Origin: Parcubacteria group bacterium GW2011_GWA2_42_14
GTDB lineage: Bacteria; Patescibacteriota; Minisyncoccia; Sungbacterales; GWA2-42-14
Direction: 5' to 3'
Length of the DNA: 60,035 nucleotides
Assembly (NCBI GenBank): GCA_000998135.1
Contig: LCCV01000009.1
Span: 1 to 60,035 of the forward strand
Shown: piece by piece, positions 26,593 to 36,236 of the stretch
Numbering within the stretch: the first letter of the stretch is position 1
Layout of the letters: the number at the start of each line of letters is the position of its first letter
The notes under the pieces: generated by a model
Told to the model about the DNA's origin: nothing
What the model saw: the letters and a program-made list of their open reading frames with translations, nothing else
Database searches by the model: none
Translations under genes and position numbers: made by a program

Positions 26593-27783
26593 ATGTTTTT
26601 ATTTTTTAGGAGTAAAACTAAAGAAGAAGTTAATACAACTTCGCCGGGATATGAAGAGCAGGAGCAAAAAACCCCTAAGGCCGGGTATATTTTGCTTTTT
26701 TTCATGTTTGTGACCGCGCTCTTTTTTGGCTGGAGAGCGTTGGATGATTTGCGCGATGTACCATCGCGTCCCGAATCGCTTTCGCATTGCGCTCAAGAAT
26801 TTCTTACTACCAAATGGGAAGATATTGGACGATACCAGTATCTTAATTATCCGGTATATGAACTGGCGTATCCGACCAAAGAATCTCGTTTGGTTGATTT
26901 TAAACCCCAAGCCGAACCCCCATGCATATACTCCGTTTACGAAACACGTTATGACATTCCGGTTCGTATGGAACGCCACAGATCCTATAATCGCGAACTA
27001 CAAGACGTTGAGATTAAATTAGGACGCATGGATACGGATATTGCGGAATTGGATCGTGCGTATGACATGGCACTTCAAGAAAAAATGGCCAATGTGGGAG
27101 GCCGCATCTATTCAATTACTGAACTATATCAAAAAAAGGAAGACGCAAAATTACAACGTTCCGAATTTGAAACCCGGCGCGACGAATTGCGGAATAATCT
27201 TCTTAAGGATGTAGACGAAAATCTACGGATGAAATACCGCGAACTTATGCTGGAGTACCGTGTGGCATGGCGCTGGTATGAATTTAAATTGTTTTTGCTG
27301 GAAATGATTTTTGTTTTTCCGTTTTTCTGGTTTGTTTTTCGGATGTATAAACGGCTTCTTGCCAAAAACAGTCCCTATACGATTATTTTTACAGCACTCG
27401 TGGCCGTGGCATCCGTTCTAACGCTTCGAATTTTGATTATTTGGTTTTGGAGTTTATTTTTGGCGCGCATCATTCAGACGCTTTGGAACTTTATTCAAAA
27501 TTTCGCTTTGCTAAAAAGTTTGGTATTTTTCGGGGGAATGTTTTTGGTTATTACTATCTTCGGAGGCTCGGTATATTGGCTTCAAAAACGCATTTTTGAA
27601 CCAAAACGCGTTGCCCTAAGGCGGATGCGCCAAAAGCAATGCCCAAATTGCCAAACCTCATTGGATTTAGCCGAAAGTTTTTGCCCGAACTGCGGAAGAA
27701 AATTAAAAGAGAAATGCTCGATTTGTAACAATGAAAGATGGTTAGATTTTTCAACATGCGGATATTGCGGTAGTAAAAAATAA
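26593..27783 (+). CDS. membrane protein with C-terminal double zinc-ribbon
   Basis: TM helices plus CPNCQTSLDLAESFCPNCG...CSICNN...CGYCG. The start is moved to the ATG at 26593 because track codons 1-13 lie in the repeat hairpin. Confidence 0.5.
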   Translation: MFLFFRSKTKEEVNTTSPGYEEQEQKTPKAGYILLFFMFVTALFFGWRALDDLRDVPSRPESLSHCAQEFLTTKWEDIGRYQYLNYPVYELAYPTKESRLVDFKPQAEPPCIYSVYETRYDIPVRMERHRSYNRELQDVEIKLGRMDTDIAELDRAYDMALQEKMANVGGRIYSITELYQKKEDAKLQRSEFETRRDELRNNLLKDVDENLRMKYRELMLEYRVAWRWYEFKLFLLEMIFVFPFFWFVFRMYKRLLAKNSPYTIIFTALVAVASVLTLRILIIWFWSLFLARIIQTLWNFIQNFALLKSLVFFGGMFLVITIFGGSVYWLQKRIFEPKRVALRRMRQKQCPNCQTSLDLAESFCPNCGRKLKEKCSICNNERWLDFSTCGYCGSKK

Positions 27784-27797
27784 GGTAATTAAAGAGT

Positions 27798-27930
27798 AAA
27801 ATCTAAAATCCCAATACCAAAATCCCAAACAAATTTAAATTTTAAAATTCAAAATTTCTACCCTAAGTAAATTTTAATGATTTGGATTTTGATATTATTT
27901 GGGATTTGGGATTTTAAAATTTGGATTTAA
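27798..27930. repeat. periodic-word hairpin (CCCAA/CCAAA / TTGGG/TTTGG words)
   Basis: aaaatctaaaatcccaataccaaaatcccaaac ... gatttggattttgatattatttgggatttgggattttaaaatttggattt. Confidence 0.8.
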
Positions 27931-27938
27931 CATCATCT

Positions 27939-28814
27939 ATGACCCTACAACAATATCACGAAAAAGCGTTAAAAGAGGGCTGGGCCATCGGCCATTTTAA
28001 TGTTTCTAATTTAGAACAAATCCGGGCAATAGTTGAAGCCGCGGCCACTTTAAAATGCCCTGTTTTAATCGGAACTTCCGAAGGAGAAAGAAAATATATC
28101 GGGCCAAGACAAGCAGCGGTTGTTGTTAAATCACTTCGCCAAGAAACCGGACTTCCGGTATTTATCAACGCCGACCATTCCAAAAGCGTTGAGTCCGCCA
28201 AAGCGGCGGTTGACGCGGGATATGATTCCATTCATATTGATCTTTCCGCTTTACCGTATGAAGAAAATTTAAAAGGCACCAAAGAAGTTGTAGAATATGC
28301 TAAATCCAAAGTTTATAGCGACATCGGGGAAATCCACGTGGAAGGGGAATTGGGCCTGCTTTTGGGAGAATCAAAAATACAAAAAGAGGTAATAGAAGTA
28401 AATCCTGAACAATTTACCAAGCCGGAAGAAGCCCATGAGTTTGTTGAAAAAACCGGCATTGACCGCCTGGCTCCGGCTGTGGGAAATATCCATGGAATTC
28501 CGGCCAATGTAAAAACTATTGACATAGAATTGATTAAAACCATAAGAAAACACATGGCTTCAAAAACTGGATTAACTCTTCATGGCGCTTCGGGCATTTC
28601 CGACGACCAAATTATTGGCGCGATAAAAGCCGGGGTAAACAACATTCATATAAATACGGAAATCCGCGTTGCCTATGTAAACGCCCTTAAAAAATCGCTT
28701 GAGGAAAATCCTGAAGAAACAACGCCGTATAAGCTATATTCTTCGGTAATTGCCGCCGTAAGGCATAAGGTGGAGGAAAAATTGAGATTATTTGGGTCAA
28801 TTAATAGAGTTTAG
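27939..28814 (+). CDS. fba: class II fructose-bisphosphate aldolase
   Basis: GWAIGHFNVSNLEQ, INADHS, VEGELG and GNIHG motifs. The start is set at the first ATG after the repeat hairpin. Confidence 0.85.
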   Translation: MTLQQYHEKALKEGWAIGHFNVSNLEQIRAIVEAAATLKCPVLIGTSEGERKYIGPRQAAVVVKSLRQETGLPVFINADHSKSVESAKAAVDAGYDSIHIDLSALPYEENLKGTKEVVEYAKSKVYSDIGEIHVEGELGLLLGESKIQKEVIEVNPEQFTKPEEAHEFVEKTGIDRLAPAVGNIHGIPANVKTIDIELIKTIRKHMASKTGLTLHGASGISDDQIIGAIKAGVNNIHINTEIRVAYVNALKKSLEENPEETTPYKLYSSVIAAVRHKVEEKLRLFGSINRV

Positions 28815-28903
28815 AAGCAGAACAACGCTGATTGAGTACGCTGAACCACGCTGAAAAATTCAGCGTAAAATCAGCGTACTTACCAGCGTCAAATCAGCTT
28901 CTA
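28814..28903. repeat. periodic-word hairpin (ACGCTGA x3 / TCAGCGT x3)
   Basis: tagaagcagaacaacgctgattgagtacgctgaaccacgctgaaaaattcagcgtaaaatcagcgtacttaccagcgtcaaatcagcttcta. Confidence 0.8.
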
Positions 28904-28912
28904 TTTCATTAA

Positions 28913-29896
28913 ATGAAAATATTTATAACACGAAAAATCCCCAGCCGGGGAATAGATATGCTCAAAGCTAAGGGTTGGGAAGTTTTAATAAGCCCGCATA
29001 ACCGCGTTTTGACTAAGGATGAGTTGACTCAAATGGGTAAAGGATACGACGCGGTCTTATCACAGCTTACCGATAAAATTGACGGAAGCGTGGTTGATGG
29101 CTGGGGCCCTTCGGCAAGCTCAAGGCAGGCTGTAAAAATAATCGCAAATTATGCCGTTGGTTATGACAATTTAAACGTTAAAGAAATTGCCGAAAGGGGA
29201 GTAATGATGACCAATACTCCGGATGTCCTTACCGAAACCGTTGCCGAGCATACTTTTGCTTTAATACTTGCTATTGCTCACCGCATTGCCGAATCAGATA
29301 AATTTTCGCGCGCCGGAAAATATCACGGCTGGGAACCGGAATTGCTTCTGGGCACGGATGTTTCGCGAAAAACACTTGGTGTGATTGGATTAGGAAGAAT
29401 CGGCTCCAGAGTAGCGCATCACGCTGTTAAGGGGTTTGATATGAATGTTATGTATCATGACTTAAAAAGGAATGACGCGTTCGAGAAAGAATTCGGCGCC
29501 GTCTATAAGGAAAAATTGGAAGATTTACTCTCCGAAGCTGATTTTATTTCAATTCACGTGCCATTATTACCGGCAACAAGACATTTAATAAACTCCGAAC
29601 GTTTGCGTTTAATGAAGCCGACTGCTTATTTGGTAAATACTTCCCGAGGCCCGATAGTTGACGAAATAGCGCTTCGCGATGCCTTGAAAACAGGAATTAT
29701 AAAAGGAGCCGCCATTGATGTATGGGAAAATGAGCCAAATTTAACTCCCGGCTTGACCGATTTAGAAAATATCGTTATTACACCGCATACGGCCTCTGCC
29801 ACCGAAGAAACAAGGCAGAAAATGGGAGAGGTGGCCGCTAAAAATATTATTGAAGCGTTGGAAGGGAGAATGCCCCCAAATTTTATAAAGGTCTAG
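28913..29896 (+). CDS. D-isomer-specific 2-hydroxyacid dehydrogenase (glyoxylate/hydroxypyruvate reductase-like)
   Basis: GVIGLGRIGSRVA Rossmann motif, NTSRGPIVDE and ITPHTASAT motifs. Confidence 0.8.
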   Translation: MKIFITRKIPSRGIDMLKAKGWEVLISPHNRVLTKDELTQMGKGYDAVLSQLTDKIDGSVVDGWGPSASSRQAVKIIANYAVGYDNLNVKEIAERGVMMTNTPDVLTETVAEHTFALILAIAHRIAESDKFSRAGKYHGWEPELLLGTDVSRKTLGVIGLGRIGSRVAHHAVKGFDMNVMYHDLKRNDAFEKEFGAVYKEKLEDLLSEADFISIHVPLLPATRHLINSERLRLMKPTAYLVNTSRGPIVDEIALRDALKTGIIKGAAIDVWENEPNLTPGLTDLENIVITPHTASATEETRQKMGEVAAKNIIEALEGRMPPNFIKV

Positions 29897-29944
29897 GTGT
29901 CAGGGGCTTTAAGCCCCCTTTATTTTTTTTTGATTTATGTTAAT

Positions 29945-30634
29945 ATGGAATTTATGCAGCAATTAAGCGCAAAACTAAGGAATTTATTAGGGAAAAAAGT
30001 GAAAAACCTCCGGCGCGAGGGTTTTTTGCCTGCGGTTGTTTACGGCGAAAATGTGCCTTCCCAGTCAATTGCCGTGCCGTTTAAAGATTTCGAAAAGGTA
30101 TATAAAGAAGCCGGCGAATCAACGCTCGTTACCTTGGAAGTAGACGGAAAATCATATAATGTTTTAATAAACGATATTGCCCATGACCCATTAAGAGGGA
30201 AACCGCTTCATGCCGATTTTTACGCGGTAAGAATGGATAAAGAAATTCGCACCAAAGTTCCCGTTGAGTTTTTTGGAGAATCACCGGCGGTCAAAAATGA
30301 ATCGGGTATTTTGGTTAAGGTCATGCAGGAACTTGAAATTGAAGCGCTTCCCAAAAATCTTCCTCATGAATTAAGAGTTGATTTATCAGGACTTCAAAAA
30401 TTTGAAGACCGGCTTTTAGTAAAAAATATTTTATTGCCGAATGGCGTAAAAATTCTGGCCGGAACCGAAGAAATAATAGCTTTGGTTGAACCGCCGCGCT
30501 CCGAAACCGAACTTGAAGAATTAAAGAAAGCCGAAGCCGCACCCGGAACAGTGGCAGAAGTGAAAACAGAAAAGGAAGTTAAGGCGGAAAAGAAAACGGA
30601 AGAAGCGGTGGAAGAAGAAGCGGTTAAAAAATAA
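29945..30634 (+). CDS. rplY: 50S ribosomal protein L25/Ctc
   Basis: LRREGFLPAVVYG...VLINDIAHDPL.GKPLHADF. It has an acidic/Lys-rich C-terminal tail. Confidence 0.85.
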   Translation: MEFMQQLSAKLRNLLGKKVKNLRREGFLPAVVYGENVPSQSIAVPFKDFEKVYKEAGESTLVTLEVDGKSYNVLINDIAHDPLRGKPLHADFYAVRMDKEIRTKVPVEFFGESPAVKNESGILVKVMQELEIEALPKNLPHELRVDLSGLQKFEDRLLVKNILLPNGVKILAGTEEIIALVEPPRSETELEELKKAEAAPGTVAEVKTEKEVKAEKKTEEAVEEEAVKK

Positions 30635-30688
30635 AAATTGAAAACGGTAAAGAAAAATGAATCTAAGACCGTCCGAAAGCTCCGTTTC

Positions 30689-30779
30689 TGTCATTGCGGG
30701 CGAACGAGTGAGCGAAGCAATCTCGTATTTATGCAACTTTTTTAGATTGCCTCGGTCGCTTCGCTTCCTCGCAATGACA
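30689..30779. repeat. palindromic element of the GTCATT..GAGCGAAGC..AATCT family
   Basis: tgtcattgcgggcgaacgagtgagcgaagcaatct ... agattgcctcggtcgcttcgcttcctcgcaatgaca. Confidence 0.75.
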
Positions 30780-30826
30780 TTGTTAAACAGTCGGAATAAT
30801 CAATTAAAAAATTCCAATTTTAAATT

Positions 30827-32215
30827 GTGGTTTTTCATTTTTCACTTTTAAATTTTAATTTAAAAAAGCCTCTTTCTTCAAAAGAGGCTTTTTGGCTGTA
30901 TATTGTAGTTTTAATTGTTATATCTTTTTTTTCACTTGCCAACGCCCAAACTTCCGATGAAAAAAAACAATCTTTGCAGACGCAAATAGAAGCGTTGGAA
31001 AAAGAAGCGGAAGGAATAAATCAAAATATAGATAAAACCAAACAAGAAGCCGATACCCTGAAAAATGAAATATCCATTTTTAATAATGAAATCAAAAGAA
31101 AGGAATTGGAAATAAAAAAATTGACTTTGGCGATTCAGCAGGCAGACCTTGAAATCAATGAAAAAAATAAAAAAATCGCGGAAATTAGCAACCGTATAAA
31201 AAACCATAAAAAAATGCTTGCTTCTTCCTTATTAATACTCAACGATTATGAAGGCCAGGGAATATTTTCAATTTTAATCAGAAATAAAACGTTATCCGCG
31301 TTTTTATTGGCAATTGATGACTTATTTTCCATTCAAAAAACGGTTAAGGGCATTATTGTTAACTTAAGAAGCGAGGATGAAGAATTAAAAAAGGAAAAAG
31401 AGGAATTGGAGGATTTTCAGACAAGCCAGGCCAATCTTAAGTCACTGCAGGAAATTGAAAGAAGAAGTGTTACCCAAAAGAAACAAGAACGTGATAATAT
31501 ATTGAAATTGACTCAAGGAAAAGAAGCGCTCTTTCAAAAACTGCTTCAGAATAAAAAGAAAAATATAGCGGCCTTAAGAACCCAGCTATTTTATCTTGAA
31601 AAAACCGGCGTTCCGGCAGAAGATGCTCTAAAATTCGCGGATTTAGCGGCTAAAAGAGCGGGAATAAGGCCGGCTTTCCTTCTGGCAATTCTTGAAGTGG
31701 AAACCGGAAAACAATTTGAGGACGGCGTTATAAGTGTTGGCACCAATTTAGGCACGGGAAATTGGAAAAAAGATATGTATGATTGTTATATTCGGCTTGG
31801 CCGCCGTTCTGCCGCCGAATCTCAAAAAAGAGCGTTTTTTGCGATTACCGATAAACTCGGTTTTGACCCGGATAAAATGCCGGTTTCCCGCCGTCCGAGC
31901 TACGGCTGCGGAGGAGCTATGGGGCCGGCGCAGTTTATTCCCACAACATGGCTTTTATATGATGACAAAGTAACGGCCTTAACAGGACATAATCCTCCTA
32001 ATCCGTGGAACATTGAAGATGCATTTACCGCGGCAGCCATATTTTTGGCCGAAGGCGGAGCAACATCCCAGACCAAAGTAGGGGAGTTAAGGGCCGCCAG
32101 GATTTATATTTCGGGCAGAGCAACTTGTTCCACCACAACCTCATCCGGTAGAGCATGCAATTACTATGCCAATAGAGTGTTTTCTTTGAGCCAGGATATT
32201 GACAGAGTAATATAA
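30827..32215 (+). CDS. secreted coiled-coil protein with C-terminal lytic transglycosylase-like domain
   Basis: Signal-like YIVVLIVISFFSLANA, a long coiled coil, then PAFLLAILEVETG...GGAMGPAQFIPTTW. The start is uncertain because a terminator-like hairpin (30862-30894) lies inside the first 25 codons. Confidence 0.6.
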   Translation: MVFHFSLLNFNLKKPLSSKEAFWLYIVVLIVISFFSLANAQTSDEKKQSLQTQIEALEKEAEGINQNIDKTKQEADTLKNEISIFNNEIKRKELEIKKLTLAIQQADLEINEKNKKIAEISNRIKNHKKMLASSLLILNDYEGQGIFSILIRNKTLSAFLLAIDDLFSIQKTVKGIIVNLRSEDEELKKEKEELEDFQTSQANLKSLQEIERRSVTQKKQERDNILKLTQGKEALFQKLLQNKKKNIAALRTQLFYLEKTGVPAEDALKFADLAAKRAGIRPAFLLAILEVETGKQFEDGVISVGTNLGTGNWKKDMYDCYIRLGRRSAAESQKRAFFAITDKLGFDPDKMPVSRRPSYGCGGAMGPAQFIPTTWLLYDDKVTALTGHNPPNPWNIEDAFTAAAIFLAEGGATSQTKVGELRAARIYISGRATCSTTTSSGRACNYYANRVFSLSQDIDRVI

Positions 32216-32265
32216 GAATGATACGTTTATAAAACGTTCTTTTATAACGCTCCAAAGAGGCATTT

Positions 32266-32589
32266 ATGTGGGATTCCGTGTTTTTTAAAAAACCAGATAC
32301 CCCTACCCGTTTTAAGACCGAGGTTTCCCTTGAAGATTTGCGGGAATGTGAAAAGCTCAAGCGGGAACTTGATGCTCTTATGAATAATACAATTGTTCAA
32401 AGATACATATCTGTAAAGCAAAAAATGGGAAAGATGGTAGATAAACTTGGCTTAACGGGACATATGACCGTTAGCCGTGAAAATTGTGTTCAATGCGGAA
32501 ACGAAAATGCCGTTATTGTTGTAAAAGTTGAGGCCGTTTCTGTTAAGGGATATATTCAATACAAGAAATGCGAGGCATGTTTTAAATAA
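32266..32589 (+). CDS. hypothetical zinc-ribbon protein
   Basis: CVQCGN ... CEAC pair, followed by a terminator. Confidence 0.4.
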   Translation: MWDSVFFKKPDTPTRFKTEVSLEDLRECEKLKRELDALMNNTIVQRYISVKQKMGKMVDKLGLTGHMTVSRENCVQCGNENAVIVVKVEAVSVKGYIQYKKCEACFK

Positions 32590-32595
32590 AAATAA

Positions 32596-32617
32596 AGTCC
32601 TGTAAGAAACAGGGCTT
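32596..32617 (+). terminator. rho-independent terminator
   Basis: aaagtcctgt-aagaa-acagggcttt plus T-run. Confidence 0.65.
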
Positions 32618-32872
32618 TTATTTTTTGTATAATTTGATGAGTAATTAATATTGAAGTCGATTTTATTCTTTGAACGAAGCAAAAAAAATTTTCCGCGCGC
32701 TTCCCAATTTATCAAAAGATATGCACAAGCGCGCCTTGTTAAAAAAAGGGGGGGGTTATAATAAAAACCTAAAAAGGTCAAAGGTAAAAACAAGTAAAAA
32801 CATCATTTTTATTAAGGAATCGTTTCCCTTTCATTAATTGGGAATCATTTTAAATAAGATTTATGCAAAACC

Positions 32873-33787
32873 ATGGGAACAGAGGCATTTAAACCGGATA
32901 TAAATAATGCCGCGGTTGAAGAACCGCGTATTGTTGACCGGTGGAAATCATCAGATCAATATAACGCGCTAAAGCGTGAATTAAAAGAAGGAGTGGAAGG
33001 AAACATGACTCCGGAGAAAAAATATTATAACCTTGTAAAAGATGTATATTTTTTCGCGTCAACCACGCATCTGCCGTGGAGCGAAATTCCTGATCTTCTT
33101 TCAGCATCCGAATCATTTAGGGAATTTAAGCCTCAGAGAAATGAATTGCGTGCCGCCGGAGTAAGTGATGAAGAAATAGAAAAGTATTCAGAACTCTTTA
33201 AGGGGATGGAAGAGCGATTTTTAGAACTTCAACGAAAAACTGAAGAAGCGGGAAAATTTGTGCATCCTGATGTTCGTAGATTTATTCATAATGATATGGT
33301 TGAGATAATGAGAAGGCAATTAAGTGATGCGATTTTCGAAGAATTAGGAAGAGGGGAAGGAAGTTATGAAAAGAAACAAAGAATGGTTGCCGGTGTTCAA
33401 AAACAGCATGAGACGTTTGACAGGGCGGAAGAAGAGCGGATCAATGAATATCGCGAAGCGCATAAAGAGGAATTTGCGGAATATGAATTGCTTGACGCTT
33501 TTTTGAAAAAATCATTTGCCGAAGAACGGCGCATTGATGACCCTGAAGTGGCAAGGGCAACAGAACGTTTTCAAAAATTGGCAAAACAACTCAATAGCGC
33601 CGGTTTTGAAACATCAGATTTCCTGCCGTGGGAAGAGCTTCGTAGACAATTAAGAAGCGCGCCATGGAAAGCTGAAAAACAAAGTATTACTATAGAAAAA
33701 GCTAAAAAAGAAATGCAGGAAGCGAAAGAAGAAACCCTGACAACTCGCCAAAAAATGGAACGCATTGGATTGCCAGACAAACCATAA
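32873..33787 (+). CDS. hypothetical charged alpha-helical protein
   Basis: 304-aa ORF, Glu/Lys/Arg-rich, with no recognisable motif. Confidence 0.4.
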   Translation: MGTEAFKPDINNAAVEEPRIVDRWKSSDQYNALKRELKEGVEGNMTPEKKYYNLVKDVYFFASTTHLPWSEIPDLLSASESFREFKPQRNELRAAGVSDEEIEKYSELFKGMEERFLELQRKTEEAGKFVHPDVRRFIHNDMVEIMRRQLSDAIFEELGRGEGSYEKKQRMVAGVQKQHETFDRAEEERINEYREAHKEEFAEYELLDAFLKKSFAEERRIDDPEVARATERFQKLAKQLNSAGFETSDFLPWEELRRQLRSAPWKAEKQSITIEKAKKEMQEAKEETLTTRQKMERIGLPDKP

Positions 33788-33832
33788 AAATAATAAAGAG
33801 CGTTTAGAAATAAACTAAAATACGCGTTAAAA

Positions 33833-33859
33833 AATCGGCCCGTATCCCGCGAGCCGATT
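33833..33859. terminator. bidirectional terminator between convergent genes
   Basis: aaaaatcggc-ccgtatcccgcga-gccgattttt. Confidence 0.6.
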
Positions 33860-33888
33860 TTTGATGTTTAAAAACATTCTTTTTTCGC

Positions 33889-34911
33889 TTACCCAAACGC
33901 TTCAACAACATCTTCCATATTTCCTTCAAGAATTGAGGTAATGTTATGCCATGACTTGTTAATTCTATGGTCGGTGATTCTATCTTGCGGGAAATTATAG
34001 GTGCGGATTTTTTCGGAACGGTCTGCTGTTCCGATTTGTTTTTTGCGTTCAGCCGACATTTTTTTCTCTTCTTCCTGTCTTTTTGCGTCAAGAAGCCGTG
34101 TTTTCAGAATGGTCATTGCTTTTTCCCGATTTTTTTGCTGGGACCGCCCTTCCTGACAATTCACGATAACGCCGGTAGGCAAATGAATAAGCCGTACTGC
34201 CGTTTCCACTTTATTTACATTTTGCCCTCCAGGGCCGGATGAACGATAAAATTCAACTTTTATGTCATCGGGCCTTACTTCAATATCAACATCTTTTGCT
34301 TCCGGTAAAACAGCAACCGATACGGTTGAGGTATGGATTCTGCCGTTTTTTTCTGTTTCCGGAATTCTCTGCACTCTATGCACACCGGATTCATATTTTA
34401 ATTTTTTATAGACATCTTCTCCCTCAATTTCAAAAACAACTTCTTTATAACCGCCCAAGTCGGTTTTATTGGCATCAATTACATTTACTTTTGAACCGCT
34501 TTTTTCAGAATAGTGTTTATACATATTAAATAATTCTTCGGCAAAAAGGGATGCTTCAAGGCCGCCCGCGCCCGCCCTTATTTCCATAATAATTTTATTT
34601 ACTTCCTCTTCTTCTCCTCCTTTAAATAATTTTTCTAACAAGCCTTCCCCTTTTTTCAGTTCAATTTCTTTTACCTGCAGTTCCTCCCCGGCCATTTTAG
34701 CCAAATCGTTATCGCCGGAATTTTGCATTTCTTTCAAATCTAGGATTTCCTTTTTTAATTTGTCCGCGGCTTCATATGCCGAAATTATTTTTTCAAGTTT
34801 GGAAACGCGAGCGGCAACCTCGCGGTATTTTGATAAATCGGAAATAAACCCTTGGTCAACGAGTTTTTTTTGCAAGTCCCCGTATTCGATTTTTAGTTTT
34901 TCTATTTCCAT
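33889..34911 (-). CDS. prfA: peptide chain release factor 1
   Basis: GGQNVNKVETAVRL (GGQ motif) and RIPETEKNGRIHTS (RF1-type PxT motif). The start is set at MEIEKLK because the track's first 6 codons lie in the repeat hairpin. Confidence 0.9.
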   Translation of the reverse strand: MEIEKLKIEYGDLQKKLVDQGFISDLSKYREVAARVSKLEKIISAYEAADKLKKEILDLKEMQNSGDNDLAKMAGEELQVKEIELKKGEGLLEKLFKGGEEEEVNKIIMEIRAGAGGLEASLFAEELFNMYKHYSEKSGSKVNVIDANKTDLGGYKEVVFEIEGEDVYKKLKYESGVHRVQRIPETEKNGRIHTSTVSVAVLPEAKDVDIEVRPDDIKVEFYRSSGPGGQNVNKVETAVRLIHLPTGVIVNCQEGRSQQKNREKAMTILKTRLLDAKRQEEEKKMSAERKKQIGTADRSEKIRTYNFPQDRITDHRINKSWHNITSILEGNMEDVVEAFG

Positions 34912-34919
34912 AATAAATA

Positions 34920-35004
34920 GCGACTCCAATATACGAATAACACACGAATGACTCTAATAACTAATTCGAGTCATTCGAATGCAAATTCGAGTCATTAGAG
35001 TCGC
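34920..35004. repeat. periodic-word hairpin (ACGAAT/GACTC vs ATTCGA/GAGTC), sibling of 44783-44865
   Basis: gcgactccaatatacgaataacacacgaatgactctaataac taattcgagtcattcgaatgcaaattcgagtcattagagtcgc. Confidence 0.8.
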
Positions 35005-35006
35005 TA

Positions 35007-35213
35007 CTACTTCTTCTTGGCCAACCTCTTCTTGAACTTCTCAATCCTGCCGGCAGTATCAACAAGTTTGCCCTTTCCGCTGTAAAAAGGGTGGCAATTA
35101 GAGCATATTTCAACCTCAATTTTCTCTTTGGTTGAACCCATAATAAAAGCATTGCCGCAGGCGCATACCACCCTGGCTTGTGGAAAATAAGTTGGATGAG
35201 TATCTTTTTTCAT
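35007..35213 (-). CDS. rpmE: 50S ribosomal protein L31
   Basis: MKKDTHPTY...VVCACGN...[12 protein letters not shown]. Confidence 0.9.
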   Translation of the reverse strand: MKKDTHPTYFPQARVVCACGNAFIMGSTKEKIEVEICSNCHPFYSGKGKLVDTAGRIEKFKKRLAKKK

Positions 35214-35295
35214 AACTATGCCATTTTAGCAAACTTATATATTTATTGCAAGAAGAAGAAGCTTGTATTTTAATTATACTTATGGTAAATTCTTT

Positions 35296-35441
35296 AGGTA
35301 TGCCCGGTAGTGAAACTTTGGATAGGCCAGAGAGCCAGCCAAAGAAGCATTAAAACTGGGCAATAACATCTTTTTATAGAGCTTAGGATATTCATAAAGT
35401 TTTACTTTTTATGAATCCGAAGTTCTACTACCGGGTATGCC
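35296..35441 (+). promoter_or_regulatory. structured rpsB leader; long-range helix sequesters the start codon
   Basis: ggtatgcccggtag (35297-35310) pairs over 14 bp (2 G-U) with ctaccgggtatgcc (35428-35441), which contains the rpsB ATG. An inner hairpin ttcataaa/tttatgaa is present. The upstream arm begins a 17-codon uORF, MPGSETLDRPESQPKKH. Confidence 0.4.
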
Positions 35442-36177
35442 AGAAATAGCAACAGAAAATCAAATAAATACGCCCGTTATGAATGACCAGGAAATAGAGG
35501 AAATGATAAAAGCGGGCGTGCATTTCGGCCATTCCAAGACCAAAAGAGACCCGGCAATGAGCCAATATATTTTCGGTACCCGCAATAACGTGGAGATAAT
35601 TGATCTTGTCCAAACCAAAGAAAAGCTTAAACAATCCTTAGATTTTATAAAAAATCTGGCAAGCAAAGGAAAGACCATTCTTTTGGTGGGAACCCAGCCG
35701 GCAGCCAAAAAAGTCATAGAAGAAACCGGCGAAGAAGCTAATATGCCAAAAGTTTCCTTAAGGTGGATCGGCGGAACTCTAACCAACTTTAAAGTCATAT
35801 CAAAACGGATAGAAACTTTGGAAAGATTGGAAAAAGAAAAAGCAACCGGGGAATTTGAAAAATATACCAAAAAAGAAAGATTAAAATTGGAAGAAAAAAT
35901 AATCCATCTTAAAGAAAATTTTGATGGCCTGCGTCTGCTTAAAAGTATTCCCGATGCGGTATTCGTGGTAAATATCGTTCATGATGATTTGCCGGTAAAA
36001 GAAGCCAGCCGCATAAAAATTCCGGTTATAGCTCTTTGTGATACCAACTCTAATCCCAAGCTTGTTGCTTATCCCATTCCTTCTAATGACGACGCTCTGC
36101 CCGCGGTAAGATATATGATGGGAAGAATCAAAGAGGCGATAATCGAGGGTAAGAAAAATATTAAAAAAGAAGAGTAA
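35437..36177 (+). CDS. rpsB: 30S ribosomal protein S2
   Basis: MIKAGVHFGH...RDP.M..YIFG.RN...IIDL..T motif set. Confidence 0.9.
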   Translation: MPEIATENQINTPVMNDQEIEEMIKAGVHFGHSKTKRDPAMSQYIFGTRNNVEIIDLVQTKEKLKQSLDFIKNLASKGKTILLVGTQPAAKKVIEETGEEANMPKVSLRWIGGTLTNFKVISKRIETLERLEKEKATGEFEKYTKKERLKLEEKIIHLKENFDGLRLLKSIPDAVFVVNIVHDDLPVKEASRIKIPVIALCDTNSNPKLVAYPIPSNDDALPAVRYMMGRIKEAIIEGKKNIKKEE

Positions 36178-36236
36178 TTTATGTAACATGAAACTTGAAT
36201 CATGAATCATGTTTCAAGTTATAAGTTTCAGGTTTT

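Noticed and set aside
30521-30851. ORFs 30521..30736(-) and 30657..30851(+), and similarly 49171..49464 and 49062..49310
   Set aside because: They are generated by the two arms of palindromic repeat elements (mirror-image peptides), a typical repeat artefact.
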